64,000 bases of DNA from Promethearchaeota archaeon. Lineage in GTDB: Archaea; Asgardarchaeota; Heimdallarchaeia; Hodarchaeales; Hodarchaeaceae. Positions 59,017-64,000 of this stretch are shown one piece after another; the stretch's first letter is position 1, and each line of letters begins with the position of its first letter. The notes under the pieces are model-generated. The model ran no database searches, was not told the origin of the DNA, and was given only the letters and a program-made list of their open reading frames with translations. The DNA lies in NCBI GenBank assembly GCA_048938105.1, contig JBHLMN010000017.1, forward strand, positions 1 to 64,000, read 5' to 3'. The position numbers were made by a program, and so were the translations under genes.

Positions 59017-60006
59017 TCACTCATTAGAAATCTTATCAAATTTGTTTTTCTTCATATCAGAAGGAATATCAAACTTAACATCTAAGTATATTCCAAATAA
59101 GACGAGAAACCCTCCAACCAGAGTGATTGGGGGTAAAACTTGGGAAAAAATAAGCCAAGCTAACAATGATGCTCCAACAGTTTCTCCAATTACTGCTAAA
59201 GAAACCGTTTGAGCTGAGAAATGCTTCATTGCATAGATATATAGTGCATGCCCTAATAAGCTTGGGCCAATGGCTAATGCAATGAACCATATAAGATCAG
59301 CTTGAGTGAAACGAAGAACATTATCACCCAATAAAAATGCAAAAAGTAAAAGAAATATGGAGCAAAATAAATTTACAAAGAACACATAAGGAATATTAGG
59401 TACTGTATGTTGAGTCCGCATATGCTTTCCTATCATAAAATAAAAAGCAACCATGAAGGCTCCGAATAATGCAAGAAAAATGCCTTCAGGGAGGATTGTG
59501 TTGTTCTGTTGGGAAGTAGGAGTTAAAGATATTAGAAATAAACCCATGAAACCAAGAAATAACCCAATAAGTTGATTTTGAGTTATTTTCTCACGTAATA
59601 ATAAGAAAGAAAATACAACTACCCAAATTGGGGAGGAATTGACCACCAAGACTGATACAGCGACAGATAATGATGTTAAACTTTGAATCCAGCTCAAGAA
59701 GTGAAGAGAAAGAAATAATCCCGAGAGCATAAAAAAGCCTTGATAGGTGAAATTAAAATATAGTTTAAACTGTTTTCTGATTTCCAGGCGCAAAATAAAC
59801 GGAATGAGGAAAATAACTGACAGAAATAACCTCCAAAAAGCAATAACGACAGGAGGAACACCATTATCCAATAAAATAGTAATAAATATAGAAGCCCAAG
59901 ATACAGCAAAAGTAGCAATGATTAGGCTGATTTGACATTTTGTCTTGAGCTGTAACTGTTCCATATTATCACAAAAACCTAATAGAGTTCGAAATTGTCT
60001 TAACAT
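59017..60006 (-). CDS. DMT/EamA family transporter
   Basis: IAFWRL, LHFLSWIQSL, SSPIWV, LREK, LLGH. Confidence 0.9.
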   Translation of the reverse strand: MLRQFRTLLGFCDNMEQLQLKTKCQISLIIATFAVSWASIFITILLDNGVPPVVIAFWRLFLSVIFLIPFILRLEIRKQFKLYFNFTYQGFFMLSGLFLSLHFLSWIQSLTSLSVAVSVLVVNSSPIWVVVFSFLLLREKITQNQLIGLFLGFMGLFLISLTPTSQQNNTILPEGIFLALFGAFMVAFYFMIGKHMRTQHTVPNIPYVFFVNLFCSIFLLLFAFLLGDNVLRFTQADLIWFIALAIGPSLLGHALYIYAMKHFSAQTVSLAVIGETVGASLLAWLIFSQVLPPITLVGGFLVLFGIYLDVKFDIPSDMKKNKFDKISNE

Positions 60007-60086
60007 CTACCTAACTAAATATTTGTAGCACATAAAAAATATCAAATTTCCGAGCATTCTCTACTAAATGGTGTTGAATTTTATAT

Positions 60087-60956
60087 ATGCCTAAAGAAAA
60101 TATCATTGGCCCACGAATTGGCGCTCATAAATCAATTGCCAAGTCAATTGATCTCGCGATTGATCGTGGAATACAAAGTACTTGTGAGTGTCTACAAATC
60201 TTTACTCGGCCTCCAAGAAGATGGGTTGCATCAAAGCTAGAACCTGAACCTGTTCAAGAATTTATAAAGAAGTCTAAAGCTGCAAACTATTTCGATACAG
60301 CTATTCATATGCCCTATCTACCGAATCTCGCGAGTCCAGATGATACTCTATTTGAAAAATCTGTAAATGTGTTAATCGAAGAAGTAGAGAAGATAATAGT
60401 ATTGCAAGTCCCATATGTGATAACTCATCTAGGGAGTCCAAAAGATTGTGGTGAAGAATTCGCTGCTAAGCGAGTAGCAGAAGCTTTAAACAAAGTCAGA
60501 AGGCACATAAAGAATCCATCGATGATTTTACTAGAGAATTCAACAGCCAAAAAAAAGACCTGGGGGAATAAGATTGATCATTTCGAGAAAATTTTAGGCT
60601 ATGTACAGGAAGAACAATATATCGGTGTGTGTTTAGACACAGCCCATGCTTTCTCTTCTGGTTATGACATCTCTACTCCAGAAGGACTAAATGAAGTTAT
60701 AGATAAACTTGAAGAATTGGTAGGTAAAAATAAGCTTAAATTATTCCATATAAATGATTCTAAAGGTCCTCTCGGTTCGGGAATAGATCATCACGAACAT
60801 ATCGGGAAAGGTTATATCGGGTTAGACTGTTTTAAAGAATTAATGCGAAATCCCCGATATAAGAAATTACCAATGATTTTAGAAACCCCTAAAGACAATA
60901 AAATGAGTGATAAACAAAATTTAGATCTCTTAAGAAAATTACGATCACAGAATTAA
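60087..60956 (+). CDS. nfo: Endonuclease IV
   Basis: IGAHKS, QIFT, HMPYLPNLAS, HLGS, LLEN, CLDTAH, HINDSK..GS..DHHEHIG.G, ILETP. Confidence 0.95.
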   Translation: MPKENIIGPRIGAHKSIAKSIDLAIDRGIQSTCECLQIFTRPPRRWVASKLEPEPVQEFIKKSKAANYFDTAIHMPYLPNLASPDDTLFEKSVNVLIEEVEKIIVLQVPYVITHLGSPKDCGEEFAAKRVAEALNKVRRHIKNPSMILLENSTAKKKTWGNKIDHFEKILGYVQEEQYIGVCLDTAHAFSSGYDISTPEGLNEVIDKLEELVGKNKLKLFHINDSKGPLGSGIDHHEHIGKGYIGLDCFKELMRNPRYKKLPMILETPKDNKMSDKQNLDLLRKLRSQN

Positions 60957-60978
60957 CCAAATTTATGATTCTTAAGGA

Positions 60979-61542
60979 GTGAAACTCATGAAAAAACCAA
61001 TTTCGGATTTAACTGCTGCTTATCGTTATTTATACCCAAGACTCACAATCTTAGTCTCATCAGGGACATTGAAAGAACCAAATGCCTTAGCAATTGCCTG
61101 GTCTTGCCCTTTATCTGTTGAACCCCCACTAATAGGTGTCTCAATAACGAAGAAGCGTTTCTCTCATCAAATAATTAGCCAACACAAAGATTTCGTGGTA
61201 AATATTCCTAACATAACACAGGTTGAAGGAGTATATTATATTGGTAGTATTAGTGGAAGAAAGGAGCCTCAGAAACTCAAACGAGCTGGTTATACAGTTG
61301 AACCATCAAACAAAATTAATGCGCCACGAATAAAAGAATGCCTAATTAATCTTGAATGTGAATTACAGAGGATTATCATAACAGGAGATCACGATTTATT
61401 CATAGGGGAAGTGGTAGAGGTAGTAATTGATGATACAATAATTAATTATTGGGCTTTTGATCTAAAGAAATTTCAACCTCTATATTGGAGACAATCACGA
61501 TCAATGGAAGAAACTTATTCTCTTGATTTGAAATTTAAATGA
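60979..61542 (+). CDS. Flavin reductase-like protein
   Basis: AW..P.S.EPP, FVVNIP, G.ISGR, LEC, GDHDLFIGEV. Confidence 0.9.
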   Translation: MKLMKKPISDLTAAYRYLYPRLTILVSSGTLKEPNALAIAWSCPLSVEPPLIGVSITKKRFSHQIISQHKDFVVNIPNITQVEGVYYIGSISGRKEPQKLKRAGYTVEPSNKINAPRIKECLINLECELQRIIITGDHDLFIGEVVEVVIDDTIINYWAFDLKKFQPLYWRQSRSMEETYSLDLKFK

Positions 61543-61554
61543 AAGGAAACACAA

Positions 61555-62631
61555 ATGAAATCAACAGAATTACATAAAGTCGAAATTGAAGGTCAGACGG
61601 TTTTCTTTAAATCATCAGAGACTATGGAGGAGATTCCGTCTGAAACTATAACCTTAATTATAACTTCCCCACCCTATTGGAATGTTCGAGATTATGGGGG
61701 AGAACAGATAGGTTTTGGCCAAAGTTATCAGAGCTATATTAGATCGCTAAACAAAGTTTGGACCGAGTGCCTTCGGGTTTTACAACCCAATGGGAAAATC
61801 GCGATCAATATACAACCACTACCAATTGAAAGTACGCGCTCTGGATTTGATCGACGTATAATTCAGAACATAATGTGGGATATTGAGAAATTCATGAAAA
61901 AAAATGGTTTATATCTCTCTGGGATGCATTATTGGGATAAATCTGAATATGTTTCAAACGTATCATGGGGCAGCTATCCTAAGCCAACAAATATTGCTTC
62001 TAATACTGGTTTTGAGCAAATATTTGTTTGGGTTAAACCTGGTAAAACACGTACAATACCAAAGGAAGTCATGACTCAAAGTGTTCTTTCAAAAAGTGAA
62101 TGGCGTCATTGGGCCGTTCGCTGTATCTGGGATGATATTGCTCCTGTTTTTAAAATTGATTCTAAGGGACAGAACCGCTTTGGGCATTCAGCACCGTTTC
62201 CTGAAGACATTCCTTTTCGACTGATTCGAATGCACACCGCAGTAGGGGAAACCGTTCTAGATCCCTTTTTAGGTTCAGGAACTACTCTCAAAATGTGTCG
62301 AATAACATCAAGAAGAGGATTAGGATATGAAATCAATGCTGATTATGCTGAGTTAATTCGCAATAGAATTATGGAAGAATGGAACCCCCCTGCTATCGAA
62401 GCACAGTACAAAGTCTTTGGAACAACGCAATTCTTTAGAATTATGAAGTTCATTCATAAATGCTCAAAAGAAGATCCGACAATAACCTTTGATTCACTCG
62501 TAGAAGAATTATATCGTTCTTTTCCTGAAAAAATAACAAAATCATGGACTAATCATCTCAGAAACCTTAAAAAAACACAATCGGATGCAAAATTCCCCGA
62601 TAGGATAGTTCTTGATAAATACTTCGATTAA
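61555..62631 (+). CDS. Beta-class N4-C/N6-A DNA methyltransferase (orphan)
   Basis: TSPPYW precedes HSAPFP and VLDPFLGSGTT, GYEIN; no adjacent endonuclease. Confidence 0.92.
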   Translation: MKSTELHKVEIEGQTVFFKSSETMEEIPSETITLIITSPPYWNVRDYGGEQIGFGQSYQSYIRSLNKVWTECLRVLQPNGKIAINIQPLPIESTRSGFDRRIIQNIMWDIEKFMKKNGLYLSGMHYWDKSEYVSNVSWGSYPKPTNIASNTGFEQIFVWVKPGKTRTIPKEVMTQSVLSKSEWRHWAVRCIWDDIAPVFKIDSKGQNRFGHSAPFPEDIPFRLIRMHTAVGETVLDPFLGSGTTLKMCRITSRRGLGYEINADYAELIRNRIMEEWNPPAIEAQYKVFGTTQFFRIMKFIHKCSKEDPTITFDSLVEELYRSFPEKITKSWTNHLRNLKKTQSDAKFPDRIVLDKYFD

Positions 62632-62635
62632 AATG

Positions 62636-63049
62636 TTATGTTTCTTCTTTCTGATTCTTTTGTTTCAGAACTTGTGTCTGAAGTTGTTGAATGCGATCTA
62701 TTTCCGATAATAAAGTACGAATGCTCGTTGGTTTTGTAAAAAAACCAATAGCTCCAGCTTCAAAAGCTTCTTTCTCAACCCTTTTTTCTGCACTAACAAA
62801 TAACACCTTAGCATCTGGTGTTTTTTTCAATATTTCCTTCATGGCTACTAAACCATCTAGCACTGGCATCCGATAATCCATGATAATGATATCTGGTTTT
62901 ATCGGGAGTTCGGAAAATTTTTGAATCGCTTCTTTGCCGTTACTTGCGCTGTCCACGACATCATGACCTTCCATCATCAAGAGCTTTGTATAAATCATTA
63001 GAAGGTCTTTTTCGTCATCGACAAGAAGGATTCTCGCCATACTCATCAT
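62636..63049 (-). CDS. Stand-alone response regulator receiver
   Basis: LVDDE, IMDYRMP..DG, SA, KP. Confidence 0.93.
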   Translation of the reverse strand: MMSMARILLVDDEKDLLMIYTKLLMMEGHDVVDSASNGKEAIQKFSELPIKPDIIIMDYRMPVLDGLVAMKEILKKTPDAKVLFVSAEKRVEKEAFEAGAIGFFTKPTSIRTLLSEIDRIQQLQTQVLKQKNQKEET

Positions 63050-63403
63050 ATCATTACTTTATATGAAAAATTGAGATTTCACTTAATTAAATCATATTTC
63101 TATTGTTTTTGAGTTTCAGACATAAGAAAGATTGATAAGTTACATTAGTACTTTTTTAATAGCTATTTCTTATAACTTAAAGAGTTTCTCTAATTAATAC
63201 AAAATTCGAATAATCAAAGTTTCACGAGCAGTCTTAAATGAGGAGTTCCATATATTGATTCATTTTTTTAGCGTTTTCTTTATATTTATAACCAAATTTC
63301 ATAAATAAAAATGTAGTTTTAGAATTTGTTAACGAGGCAATAGCTAATCATATCTTTAGAAAAACTCAACAACTAAGATATTTACAAGAATTAGGTTTGT
63401 TGA

Positions 63404-64000
63404 TTACAGTAGATCGAGTGCATCTTTTAGCTGTTCTTTTTCTTCTTCAGTTAATCCAGCCTCACTGGGAATTAACAAGTCAACTTCAGCTAATTTCATT
63501 GAAATTGCGAGAGAACGTTCTAGATAATATTGCGCCTTATCTTCCATCTTTTTATGTTTGTAGGCTGTACTAATTATGTACATTGATGTCGCAATACCCT
63601 TCTCATATCCGAGATCTTCTGTAACAATAAGAGCTTCTTCAGTAAGATCAAAGGATCTAATAAAATCCTTTTTCTCCATTGCTAACACCCAAGCTAAATT
63701 CAAAAGAGCCTCGGCAACTCCTTTCTTATAATTATGGGCGCGGGCTAATGCTAATGACTCTGCTGTTGTCTCTAAAAATTCATTAAAGGAATTATTCTTC
63801 CATTGCAGAATTCCAAGTGAATTCCGGATATTAACCTCAGGCTGTACAAAATCAAGCTTTGTTGCTTCATCTAATTTACTTTGAAGGAGATTGATTGCTT
63901 TCCCATAGTTACCATCTTCAGCCAAAGCAGAAGCTTTCTTAATTGCGTCTTGAAATTTCGATAAAATTTTGGGATCAATTGTCGAAGCTTCTTCTTTAGC
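63404..64000 (-). CDS. TPR-like protein, 5' end beyond the window
   Basis: Frame open to base 64000; RNSLGIL, AEALLNLA, A.YYLERSL. Confidence 0.75.
   Translation of the reverse strand, partial: AKEEASTIDPKILSKFQDAIKKASALAEDGNYGKAINLLQSKLDEATKLDFVQPEVNIRNSLGILQWKNNSFNEFLETTAESLALARAHNYKKGVAEALLNLAWVLAMEKKDFIRSFDLTEEALIVTEDLGYEKGIATSMYIISTAYKHKKMEDKAQYYLERSLAISMKLAEVDLLIPSEAGLTEEEKEQLKDALDLL

Noticed and set aside
60087-62631. nfo + MTase as a restriction-modification or defence system
   Set aside because: Nfo has canonical AP-endonuclease IV motifs; no REase or other defence genes are adjacent

Overview
AT-rich, gene-dense archaeal chromosomal segment. An Asgard archaeon (probably Heimdallarchaeia/Hodarchaeales-like) is inferred from a Rab-like GTPase, longin/roadblock domains, the archaeal PoK/PPS CoA route, a short XPF and CTERM-anchored secreted proteins. 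Contents: an oapABC/arvABC small-GTPase operon, many transporters (MFS, heterodimeric ABC, 2 ZIP, 3 EamA, MscS, TauE), a Kelch/FN3 surface protein flanked by a partial duplicate of an EamA gene, a ubiquitin-like gene + candidate C/D sRNA + TtuA/Ncs6-like gene, an IPK-metallo-beta-lactamase fusion, a HEAT + tandem winged-helix protein next to XPF, a five-gene pantothenate/CoA operon, a tnpB-only IS200/IS605 element with base-resolved ends, an M6 protease and an nfo-flavin reductase-DNA MTase cluster. The best candidate for an undescribed system is a tandem pair of paralogous MFS transporters, each fused to a C-terminal cytosolic longin-like domain (31461-34859). They lie about 4 kb from a Rab-like GTPase/longin-roadblock operon, suggesting a transporter-coupled (transceptor-like) small-GTPase signalling module. 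No rRNA, tRNA or CRISPR array was seen. All family calls are by-eye motif recognition; no database searches were run.
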